From: the human T2T-CHM13v2.0 reference genome, Homo sapiens
Direction: 5' to 3' (one strand)
DNA length: 64,000 nucleotides
NCBI RefSeq assembly: GCF_009914755.1
Contig: NC_060926.1
Shown here: positions 49,060 through 64,000 of the stretch, one piece after another
How the letters are laid out: each line of letters opens with the position of its first letter
How positions within the stretch are numbered: position 1 is the stretch's first letter
Translations under genes and position numbers: made by a program
Notes under the pieces: model-generated
Databases searched by the model: none
Told to the model about the DNA's origin: nothing
What the model saw: the letters and a program-made list of their open reading frames with translations, nothing else

Positions 49060-51510
49060 CCTTGAGAAGCCAGGGAGTGGGTCCTGCACAGCCCTGGGGC
49101 GGGTGAGAAGCTGGAAGGGCCAGGCCTTCTGACAGGCACCCCCAGGGCCAGGTGCATGACCCTCCTGGCGGAACCACCCAGGCCCAGACTGACCCTCGCC
49201 CAGCAGGGCACCAGGTCTCCTCCCCTGCGGAGCCACCCCCGAGCTGGCTCAGCCTGGAGACCCCCGCTCCCCAGCTCACAAGCTCACAGGCCTGAGCTCC
49301 ACAAGTCACCTGACTGAGCTCCACCTAGGTAACCCCTGGCCAGTGGCAGAGCACGCCTGGTCACAGCCCTCTCCAGCCTGGAGTCAACGCTGCACGTGGA
49401 TAAAATTCTCCTAACTCCCAACAGCAGCAAGAATTCCGGAGGCGCTTCCACTCTGTGCCCTGCATTCGGGCCTTTACCAATCCTCCCTTGTAGCTGCCCT
49501 GCCGCGGGGCGGGGGGGGGCACCAGCTCAACCCCCACTCAGAAGGAGGCGGCCGTGGGGACCCCTGTGCCTAGTGAGGCATAGGGCCTGGGTCTGGCTAG
49601 TGCCTAGTGAGGTGTGGGGCCTGGGTCCAGCTTTGTCTGTCCAGCTCCAGCCGAAGCTGAAGCCACAGCAGGAATGCAGGGCCAGGTGCCACCGTCTGTG
49701 GTATTCCGGAGCCATGGGTGCTCAGGGCTGCCTCTGCCACCCTGGCAGAGAATAGGATTGGCAGAGAGCAGGGGCCGGGAACACGTTGCCCTTGGTGAGA
49801 GAAGGATGCCGCATTCTAGTCATGGTCATTGTTCAGCAAGAGCCCAGGAGCAGAAGCTGGCTGGCGAGGCAGGGCCCTGAGGACACCCAGGCCCTCCTTC
49901 TAACTCACGGACTCGCCTTGGACGAGTCACTTGGCCTCTCTGGGCTTCATCCCATCTGTAAAAAACAAGAACTGGGAGAACTCAGCAAAGCCTTTGCTTC
50001 ACATGACGTCCTACCTTGAAACCCGATGGGTGAGATTGGGTGAGGCGGAGAAGGCAGAGCCCCCCACTTGCCCCCCTCACCCCCAGGCACTGAGGCTTCT
50101 CGGGAATCCCTGGTGGGGACAGAGCCCGATTTGAAATGGGTCGACTCTTGCCTTCAGGGGCAGTTTTCCAGCCGGGCCCAGAGATGGTGCAAAGCAAACC
50201 CCCAGATCCAGCATGGGGGAGGGCCCATGTCAAAGAGGGTACAGAGTGACAGCCAGAAAACCCCCTAAGCGGAAGGGGCTAGCCAGCCACTTCGAGTCAC
50301 TTAGGAAAATCTAGTAAGGAGGGAACCTGCGAAGAGATGTGTGGTCCCAGTAGCAGAGGTCACTGCTGGGGGTGTGACAAGCACATGACTTCACAAGACA
50401 AGCCGAGTGAGGCCCGGGAAGGGGCAGGCCCTACCCACGAGAAAGTGCAAAGTGGGCATCAGCCAGGGCTCAAGAGGGCCGCAGGGGGCACACGTGGCTT
50501 GCTCTGCCCACCGGCTTCTGGCCTGCCCTTGGTTGCTGCAGGCTATCTGTGAGGGGCAGTGCCTGGCCCTGACACTGTCGGGGAGGGAGGGGTTGACCAC
50601 CTGCTGATGTGCCAGGAATGTTCCCATCTTTGGCTTCTGATGGGTCTGCTGCCTTCGTCGGCCTCATGAGCTGGGTTGGCATGAGCCAGCCCTCCTGGAC
50701 CCTGCAAAGGTGAGGACCAGGTCGTGAGCAACTCTACCATGTCCCCCTGAGCCAGTCCACTGCCCAAGCCACCCTCCAGCTGCTTAACAGCATGTTCCCA
50801 GGGTAGGGAAACACCGAATGAATGCTGGGGTCCTCTGACCTGGCTTGAATGCTGCCTCACTATCTGCGTGACTTGAGTTCATCTCTGAGTTTATGTCTTC
50901 ACGCGGGAAACCTATTTTACAATCCTCGTAAAGTCAGTAATACATTCCAATATCAAAAGCGCAGTGTGGAGCCAGTCCCCACTCTCGGCCCAGGCCTCTG
51001 GTTCTTCTGCCTAGAGGCAACCTCTGTTACCCGTTTCTTACAAGCTCTTCCAGAAATATGCCATGCATATGCAAGTATGTATGTACACACACAGTTTGTT
51101 GGGGTTTGATTTTGCTTTTTACACACATAGTAGCATACTACACGTGCTCCTTGCTTTGCTATCCTCATTGAATCTAGCTTGGAGCTTGTTCCTTATCAGT
51201 ACTGATGAATCTGCTTCATTCCTTAACCACTGTATATCCCGTTCCATTGACAATTTCATCAGTACCTGCTTGTGTACAAGAGATTGTTTACAAATGATGC
51301 CACAATGAATAATTTTAGAAGAGTATCATCAGAGAAATTCTTAGAACTGCTGGGTCAAAGATAATGTGGATTATTGATATTGTCAAGTTCCCTCCAAAGA
51401 GACTGTTGCTCTAATTTACTTTTCCGCCCAGTGCTTGAGCACACCTGCTCACCCCGCGAGCTGGGGAACTCTTGTCTTTGCCAATCTGATAGGTGAGAAA
51501 TAGATTCTCA

Positions 51511-51863
<353 letters not shown>

Positions 51864-53597
51864 AGTTTACTGTGAGCCAAGTTTATGCCTTGCCCACTTT
51901 CTATTGCATAGTTACTTTATTGATTTGTTGTTTTTAATATGAAGAAAATTAGTCCTTTTCACGGGCATTGTAGCCGTTGGTCCCTTGCCTTTTGACTTTG
52001 TTTCCAGTAGGTTTATGGTCTAATCTGTTATATTTAAAACTTTCATCTATCTGGAATGTATTTTGGAGCAGGAGTTGGGGATACTTTTATGTCTTCCAGA
52101 TGGTTCTCCAGTTGCTCCAACACTACCCCATCCCCAGAGTCTGGGGAAAGTGGTCAGGGGGCAATAATGAGTATTTTTAAGAAGCACCCTAAGTGATTCT
52201 AATGCACTCTGGCTGCCTTTACCTTTGCCCAATAGTTCAATTCCCCTGAATCCCCTCTCCCGGGGGCCAGCACGCCAGGAAGAAATTCACAAGTGGTCTT
52301 GGTGGAGCTGTATTCACTTCAAGTCACGAGTCTAGAAATGCCCAGTATCTGTGCACGACCAGACAGCACCATCTTTAAAAATGACGTGGAGATACCCAAA
52401 TGCAAAGCAGGACTTAAGCCTCCTGGAGGACGGTGCCTGGTGTCGACACAGCCCCGGCTACCGTCTGGCTGTCCTCGTTCTCTGGTCTCTCCTGCCAAAT
52501 TCGCCTGCCTGCTCCCATGTACAAGGGCCAAGGAAGATCACTTGATCAAGCCTGGCCACATCATTTCACAGACCCAAGTCTGGCTTTGTTGGGGCCTGTA
52601 AGTGGCTACGCCAAGCTGTGGTCAGAAGCGAGGTTTCAGGGGCCACTCACGTGTAGCACGGGATTACCTGCGGCTGTTTCTGTCCCCACTGGCACTACTG
52701 ACCGTTCTTGGATTACATTTTCCCTAACTGGCTGAAAGAGCATTGTTTCCAAAGCCTTAGTTGATTTTGAGTGGAATACCCCCCTTTTCAGTCCAAGCTC
52801 ACCACTGCCACTAAGCGATCTCGGGAATTTCTTCCTTTTTAAGATGGAAGACCTAATTTACCAAGATTCTAGGCTTGGTGTCTAGCTCAAATTTCTTGGC
52901 ACACAGTACATACTCAGTGCCAACTCTCTTAACATAGTGGGTCCCGGATCCCAGGGAACTGCCCTTGTTGGGGAGCTCAGAGTTACCCAAACACACCAGC
53001 ATCCTACTTCTCAGGCTCCCGGAAGGTAGGGCTGTGGACTACAGCACTCCTTCCCGCCCTCCCCCTCCAGTCAGAACCAACCTCTGGCTCCTGAAAAAAT
53101 CTTTCATGTTTTGGCAACCCTGGCCCAGGGAGACCAGAGTTGGTGATAAGCCAAGCCCTGAGCTAACTCGGCAGCCACATGAGGGCTCCTGGCTTCTCTG
53201 GACTCAGGGTTCAGGGGAAGGTGATGCTTTTGAGAAAGGAAGTCACTCTCTTCAGCTTTGGTAAATGGGTGACAGCATCGGCTTGACCTTCCCACCCCGG
53301 GAGGAGCCACAGCCTTCCTCCCTACACATTTGCTCTCTTCCTGTCCCCCTCATGAGGCTGGTGGGGACTCCAAGATGCTCCCACTGCCTGGTGGCTCTGA
53401 CGTGTCCTTCCCTCCTCCTGCAGCTCCAGCGTTACCCGTAAGACATTGCCACAATGGGGGTTAAGGAGCATGAGAGCCTGCCACACTTTGGGGGAGAGCG
53501 GGGGTACACGTTGAGTAAAAGAACACACAAGGCCAGTGGTCATGGTCAGACAAGATGGTGAAGATACACAACATGGTAGGGTCTTGCTGTTGCTGAA

Positions 53598-53603
53598 TTT
53601 ATT
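53598..53603 (-). terminator. ODC1: ODC1 distal poly(A) signal AATAAA
   Basis: Second tttatt ~413 nt further on, followed on the minus strand by GT-rich tgttgtgtatctt. Confidence 0.7.
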
Positions 53604-54010
53604 AAAATAAGCTGACTGCCAAATGTGGTACCGTATACATTCCTAACTTCTCACAGGCATGAAGGTGGGAGGGGACACGGATGGTCTCTGCAGGCCAGGC
53701 TCAAAGGGCCTCCCACACCTTCCCTGGGCACTGGCCTGGACAGGACAGGTCCGTCAGACTTAAGTAGGTCCCACCACCAGAGGCTCTGGACAAGGAGTTT
53801 GCAGCCAACTCTGGACATGTGGGGTGGGCTGAGCAGATGTGCACCGTCCACATGGGAGGATGGGGCTTCCGTCTCACCTGTCCTCCTACCTGTGTGTGGG
53901 TGGACCCACTCATTGTTCTCTGAGAATCAGAGCGAGCTATACGGGATTCGTGAACTGTCTGGAATGAACACACCATAAAAACGTCCCAATGCCTAATTAT
54001 TTCAAGATAC

Positions 54011-54016
54011 TTTATT
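54011..54016 (-). terminator. ODC1: ODC1 proximal poly(A) signal AATAAA
   Basis: Plus-strand tttatt ~317 nt after the stop codon. Confidence 0.85.
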
Positions 54017-54332
54017 TTAAAAACAGGTCACAACACTAAGCTTTTGGCCCATTCTGCCATTGTACAAGCTACAAATGCTTGTTCAGCAGCTGAGGGGCAC
54101 TCTTGAGTAGCGTGTCTGAAGAGTGAATAAAAATCCATATAAAACAAATATTCAAATAGTTTCCATAGGAACACAGATAAGTGTGACCCATATCCTAGTC
54201 TTCCATATGGCTGCATCATGGCGACCCTACTCTTACAAAGACATTTCAAAACTAGCAGTAATTAAGTTACATGGTCCCCCCAAATCCCTTAATTCAAGCT
54301 AAACTTGCAGTTAACAGCTACCAGAGTGCTAT

Positions 54333-58641
<4,309 letters not shown>

Positions 58642-58763
58642 GATTTCTTGATGTTCCTCTGAAATGCAACAAAATGCAAATAGAGTGGAGAAATTCACTT
58701 AGAAGCCTTAGCAATACAATTCTTAAGATTAACCTGCAACATAAATGTAAACTGAATACTTAC

Positions 58764-58873
58764 ATGGAAAACTAAGAGATGGAATTGAAAGAAATATTTC
58801 CAGCTTCTCACAAAGGCAACTCTCCAGGAATTCCAAATCCCTCTGCGTGTGCCCTTGGAACAGCAGTGACAAT
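58764..58873 (-). other. ODC1: ODC1 exon 2 (non-coding, 110 nt)
   Basis: Acceptor ttttatttctcag|ATTGTC; donor CCAT|gtaagt. Confidence 0.9.
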
Positions 58874-59232
58874 CTGAGAAATAAAATAGGGAATTTGCTG
58901 TCTACCTTAGGAACACATCGAGTTGAAGATGGGGCACTGGCTGAGCACACGCAGAGCTAATCATGCCCCGGATATGAACCACTCACTGGCCTGGTCATCC
59001 TAATTATTACTAGGCATAAGGTACATGATTCCATAAACCTTGGCAGTATAAGGACACAACAAAAAATACCAGGTTTTTCCAAGGCAGCACACTAAGCATT
59101 TCAAATATTTGTACCAAAAAAATCTAGCATGCAAGTTTCAGAAGCTTATCTGCACTTAGCTCACTGATATGGAAAAAAGTCTTATAATGGTCTGATTTAT
59201 TTCAGAGCAGTTTCAGTTCCTTAGAAACTTAA

Positions 59233-59524
<292 letters not shown>

Positions 59525-59728
59525 TAGCCTTTATACACAGCCATACAAACATTTCCTACTTCCACTAAGTCTTAGAATGATTTTTACTGACCAACAGGCA
59601 TCATGGAAATGTCTGGAGCATTTGAGATTTTACGAGTTAATTTTCATGTATTAGCTGGGTATATACTTCTTAAAAACTGTAATCTTCAAGTCAACTTATC
59701 ACATTGTATTACAGTTGCTGTTACCTGA

Positions 59729-60161
<433 letters not shown>

Positions 60162-60323
60162 TAACTTCACCAAAAAAGAAAAACAAGCAAGAACATCACT
60201 CTAGTAACAATAAAAGCCACTGTATTTTGCTTTCATCAAATGTGGCACCTTGTGAACCAGCTTTCTTAAAATTATTTATTTTAACCTTTAAAAATTTCTG
60301 CCAGGTAGAGCTTTCTTCTTTTC

Positions 60324-60459
60324 CACTGTGCAACCCACTTCAGTGCCAGCAGCCTACGGGCACAGAGGCCAGGCAATGGTTCGGGGACACAGTTTGCTCT
60401 GGCATGGGGTACTATGACAGGCCCAGGGTGACGGGCCTGTCATAAATCCAAACCCATGC
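60324..60459 (-). ncRNA. SNORA80B: Box H/ACA snoRNA SNORA80B (ACA67B; SNORA80/ACA42 family) in ODC1 intron 1
   Basis: 136 nt. 5' hairpin GCATGGG/CCCATGC with upper stem TATGACAGGCCC/GGGCCTGTCATA; H box AGAGCA (60400-60395); ACA 3 nt from the 3' end (ACAGTG); same strand as host. Confidence 0.92.
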
Positions 60460-61611
60460 ATAGAATTTGCTTTAAAGCTCTATCTATTGTGACTGCTTGG
60501 CATTGTCAACCTCCGAAGTTGCCTAAATCACCCCTCGGAGAAGGGAAGAGAGTAACAACGCTAGCAAAACCATTTTTGTTACAGACATGGTTATATATTT
60601 TTGTTTATATGAAGAATATTTACAATTTAATAATAAATAGGCTCATGCAGTCTCGGACTGGGTCATTTGAGGCCTTATTAAATATTTTTAAGGCAATGTT
60701 CAGGCCTAAACTTGGAAAGTTTTGATTTCTTTTTAATACGCCAATACTTTTTTGCTTTTCTGTATCTTTTAAGGCGTTACTTAAGTAACTTACTTGAATA
60801 TATTTTACTGAAGAACACCTTTCGGTCTTTCTGTAACAGCTAAGTTATTTAAAATGGTCAATCAATTAGCACAAGAGGATAATGTTAGAAGAGATAGGGG
60901 CTAATTCAAACAAACTTTGAAAAAAATTTCACAAATCAATTAAAGTCTGCCCAATTTTATGTTTAAACAAAGTCAGCCAACACATTCTTTGTCCTCCCCA
61001 GACATTCCTGAGAGGTTCTGCCTTCTACACTTTCACCAATTATTTCGACTTCGCAAACAGCACAATCAGCCTTTTCTGCAAACCTTAGGGCTGTCTCCCC
61101 TGTGTATGTCCGTTCATCTAAGCCAAGCTTTTCCGAAATCACCGAGTCATTCACAGTCCTTAAATAAACACCTCTAAGTCATGGCCGAGCATCTAATATC
61201 ACAGCTACTACAGCAAGACTATCTTAGCTCTACCCACTCTCGCGGGTTTCCAAATTGGTGTCATCTGCTCTGTAGACACAGCGAAAATAAAAACTGGAAG
61301 GAAACTGAAGGCGCCAAGGCCGGGGCCCGCTCGTCTGTACCAAGGCGAGCCCAGGCTCTGCGCCCCTGCACCTGCTGCGCGGCCGCCAGGGCCTCCCCAA
61401 CGGCTCCCCGGCCAGCGCGCGGCCGCCGAAGGGTTGGGAAAGAGGCCGGCGCGGGGCCGCAGGGTCTCCGGGTGGGTCTCCCCTAGGCCCCTCCAGCCCC
61501 GAGCTGTGAAGACGGGGGCAGAACGAGGCGCCCGGATCACCCTTATCCAGCCGCGGGAGAACCCCGGGCCGGGAGGAAGCGGCGCCTCAAGGTCGTGGCC
61601 CGCTCGGCGAC

Positions 61612-61651
61612 CACGTGTCTCTGCAGGCCGGCGAGGCGCGCCGCACACGTG
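61612..61651. promoter_or_regulatory. ODC1 intron-1 MYC/MAX E-box pair (CACGTG 61612-61617 and 61646-61651)
   Basis: Two canonical E-boxes 34 nt apart; ODC1 is an established MYC/MYCN target via intron-1 E-boxes. Confidence 0.9.
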
Positions 61652-61730
61652 CCCGGGGCCCGGGGCCCGCAGCCCGCCCCGGCTCCCGCCCTCGCTCCCT
61701 CCCTTCCTCCGCGGCCGGGGAGTCCCTCAC

Positions 61731-61937
61731 CTCAGAGCGCCCAGGCGCCGCAGGCCAGCCCCATGGGGAAGCGCAGACGCCGGAGCCTGAGTCGCAGCCG
61801 CAGGAGCGCTCGGCCGCCCCCGCCGCGCCCGTCAGCGCCTGGCTCCCGCCCGCCGGAGACGCCGGCCCGAGGTGGCGCCGGAGCTGCTGGCAGAGGGGCG
61901 GCGGGCGGCGGCGGCGGCGGCTACAGGAGGGACTGAC
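61731..61937 (-). other. ODC1: ODC1 exon 1 (non-coding, ~207 nt, GC-rich 5'UTR)
   Basis: Begins GTCAGTCCCTCCTGTAGCCGCCGCC ~27 nt downstream of TATAAG; donor CTGAG|gtgagg at 61730. Confidence 0.9.
61732..61764 (-). promoter_or_regulatory. ODC1 5'UTR upstream ORF, MGLACGAWAL*
   Basis: ATG at 61764, TGA at 61734-61732, ending 1 nt before the exon-1 donor; a short uORF in mammalian ODC leaders is established. Confidence 0.85.
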
Positions 61938-61963
61938 AAAGCCCCACGGCACGCCGCTCCCTA

Positions 61964-61969
61964 CTTATA
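61964..61969 (-). promoter_or_regulatory. ODC1 TATA box (TATAAG)
   Basis: Plus-strand cttata, ~27-32 nt upstream of the inferred TSS. Confidence 0.85.
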
Positions 61970-62040
61970 GCACCGGCGGGTCGCCATGGAGACGCACCAG
62001 CTCAAACCAGCCACGATCGGTTCCGGCCGGGACACGGCCG

Positions 62041-62055
62041 GGGGAGGGGCGGGGG
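62041..62055. promoter_or_regulatory. Proximal GC box (Sp1/Sp3/ZBP-89 type)
   Basis: GGGGAGGGGCGGGGG at about -105 to -118. Confidence 0.7.
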
Positions 62056-62107
62056 CCCGGCGGTGGCCAACCCGGGCCCGCGCGGAGCTGGTGGGGCGCC
62101 GGCGGGC

Positions 62108-62115
62108 CGACGTCA
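62108..62115 (-). promoter_or_regulatory. CRE-like element TGACGTCG
   Basis: 7/8 match to TGACGTCA at about -175. Confidence 0.55.
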
Positions 62116-62167
62116 GCCGAGCCGAGCACCGCCTGCCCCACGCGTGGCCCCCGCCCCCGGCTTCGCG

Positions 62168-62256
62168 CCCCGCCCTCCCCGCCCTGCGGCCGCCTCTCCC
62201 CGCCCTCCCCGCCCTGCGGCCGCCTCGCCCCGCCCCGCCCTGCGGCGGTCTCGCCC
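62168..62256. repeat. 30-bp GC-box tandem repeat in ODC1 promoter (2 near-perfect + 1 degenerate copy)
   Basis: ccccgccctccccgccctgcggccgcctc(t/g) at 62168 and 62198, shortened copy at 62228. Confidence 0.85.
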
Positions 62257-62424
62257 GCCTGGAACTGGTCCGCGCACGCGCACGACGCCGCAGGCCCCGG
62301 CCCCGGCCCGCGGCAGCTGAACGGCAGAGCCTGTAGCTGCACAGCTGTGCTTCCACCTGGCGTTCAGTACCTCGTGCCCGAGAGCGGAAAAGGGAAATCG
62401 CGAGCGGAGGACCGATGTGCTGGC

Positions 62425-62430
62425 CACGTG
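62425..62430. promoter_or_regulatory. Upstream E-box CACGTG of ODC1
   Basis: GGCCACGTGGG at about -490. Confidence 0.75.
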
Positions 62431-64000
62431 GGCCCCGCCGGGCCGACTCCGGACCCTGCTGCCGCCCATTCCTCCGGTGCAAGGGACCTGGAAGTGATCC
62501 CGGTGCCGCTCTGCTCCCACCAGCTAGGGAGCAGAGGCGCGGGAGGGAAGGGGCGTCCCGGGGGTCGCCAGCACGCTGCGGGCAGGGCTGGCAGCCGCCT
62601 CCACGCCCCCGCGCTGGAAGCCTCGTCTTTGTAACATCGAGGTATCCTGTAACTAGATGGGTCCTGGCCTGCGGAGGTAGTTTCCCCTGTGAAGCCAGGG
62701 ACTCAGCCAGGAGCGTGAGGGGACCCGGATCCTGAGTCTCCAAGCCGCCCACTACCCTCTGCTTTACCGGATGGAACTCATCAGTAACTAGGTATCTTTA
62801 AGGGCGGCTCCCTGGCGCGCTCTGAGAGTTACGGAAGTCCCAAAATGCTTTGACCGAAAACGTCTAAACAGTGAATACATAAAGCAAAAAGCCGCGTGGG
62901 AAATTCGAGTCCCTAGGAGCGCCCAGGGGACGCCTCTGGAGGTGGACTGCCACTCACTCCAGGCCACGCTGGAATGCCCGCACCAGGGAGGCACTGCACT
63001 TGAATTGGGGACACTTTTTTTTTTTTTTTCATTTTTACCTTTCATTCCCTTTTGGACAATCCAGACAGGATATGTCTCTCCCTAGGGTGGGGATTTCGAC
63101 TCCTTAGGGTGGGAGTACAGCCGATGAAGAGTTAAGGAGAGGAGTGGGTAGATCTAGATCTAGCCTTGGGTGGGTGGGGGCGGGGTTGGAGGAGCTCAGA
63201 GCACTGGCCCAGCGCTGCCCCCAACTTGCTGTGTGCTCTTGGACAAGTTATCTCCCTTCTCTGGGCTTCAGATAACCCAAGGATCCTTACATATCTTTAT
63301 AGCTACAAAGCCCTGTGAGGTTTTGAAAAACTTCCTTGGTACCCAAAACCAGGTCTGAGGCACAGTCAGTGAATACCTGTTTAATGAATGCATGCATAAA
63401 TGAATGAATGGATGATCCAGCTCTTCCTGGAGCAGGCACGACTTCCACAGAAACAGAGCAAACGCTAGCCGTAAGCAGAAGTGAGTCTTCTTCCTATGTG
63501 AAGGGATGTGGGGGTGGTACGCCCCTATCAACTTTATCTTTACATAGTCCTTGAGCGCCCACCGGGCACCGTGTTCCCCGGACTAGAGGGAGGGAGAGGG
63601 GGGTTAGCTCCACCCTTAACAAGCTTAATTCTTGATGAGATTAACCATCAAAACCCATCAGAGAACGTTATAGCTCCAGCGCTGAATGAGACATCTTTGA
63701 TTCTGTGGTGATGCGGACTTTGTGCCTCTCTGTGAGGAATCACTTTGTTCCAATGACGCAATTTTCCTCACACTCCGGAAGTGTCCTGCACTGCCAGAAT
63801 CGCCCAGCTTCCCGGCACACCTATCAACCAGTCGTTCCCAGCACTGCCCAGTATGCAGCCTCCAGGCAGAGGGCCTGGATGTCTTGGCAGGTAGGGTTCC
63901 CCTAGCAGCCTGGGGGTGGTCAGATAGAAACATTAACTGGAACGTAGAGGCCAGTTCTTGGCTCAGGGAGCCAGGAGGGCTCTGACTGTTGCACATACAA

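Larger units (their letters stand above)
61300..62700. promoter_or_regulatory. ODC1: CpG island / ODC1 promoter
   Basis: Very high GC and CpG density spanning the promoter, exon 1 and 5' intron 1 (boundaries approximate). Confidence 0.92.

Noticed and set aside
61208-62752. Long overlapping ORFs (339 aa, 263 aa, etc.) at the ODC1 promoter
   Set aside because: Stop codons are rare in CpG islands; the products are low-complexity Arg/Pro/Gly/Ala.

Overview
Human (or very close primate) genomic DNA, recognisable as the HPCAL1-ODC1 locus (chr2p25.1 by recall). On the + strand is the 3' part of HPCAL1 (hippocalcin-like 1/VILIP-3). It has an 86-nt 5'UTR exon (9398-9483) and three coding exons (33357-33734, 36584-36689, 40325-40422) that give the full 193-aa myristoylated EF-hand protein, with a poly(A) signal at 41200. 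On the - strand, convergent with it, is the complete 12-exon ODC1 gene (TSS ~61937, 461-aa CDS 58641->54333). ODC1 has a CpG-island promoter (TATA, GC boxes, CRE-like site, three CACGTG E-boxes), an exon-1 uORF, two poly(A) signals and the intronic H/ACA snoRNA SNORA80B. The rest is intronic or intergenic: about 21 Alus, LTR/MaLR, L1, MIR and hAT fragments, and three large low-complexity arrays. These are a ~1.48-kb (CAC/CAT)n array, a ~0.7-kb (GGAT/GGGT)n array and a ~0.6-kb GT-rich minisatellite. Most other ORFs in the track are spurious. There are four main leads. (1) The HPCAL1 start-codon exon is bracketed by inverted Alus; circularised, it would form a 402-nt circle that is almost fully coding (127 aa, EF4 missing). 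(2) A giant YCAY/CAC array lies downstream of a uORF-bearing 5'UTR exon. (3) A G4-prone array sits just past the HPCAL1 poly(A) site. (4) This haplotype carries the A (PstI+) allele at ODC1 +316 between two MYC E-boxes. No wholly new gene system is demonstrated; the regulatory ideas are hypotheses.
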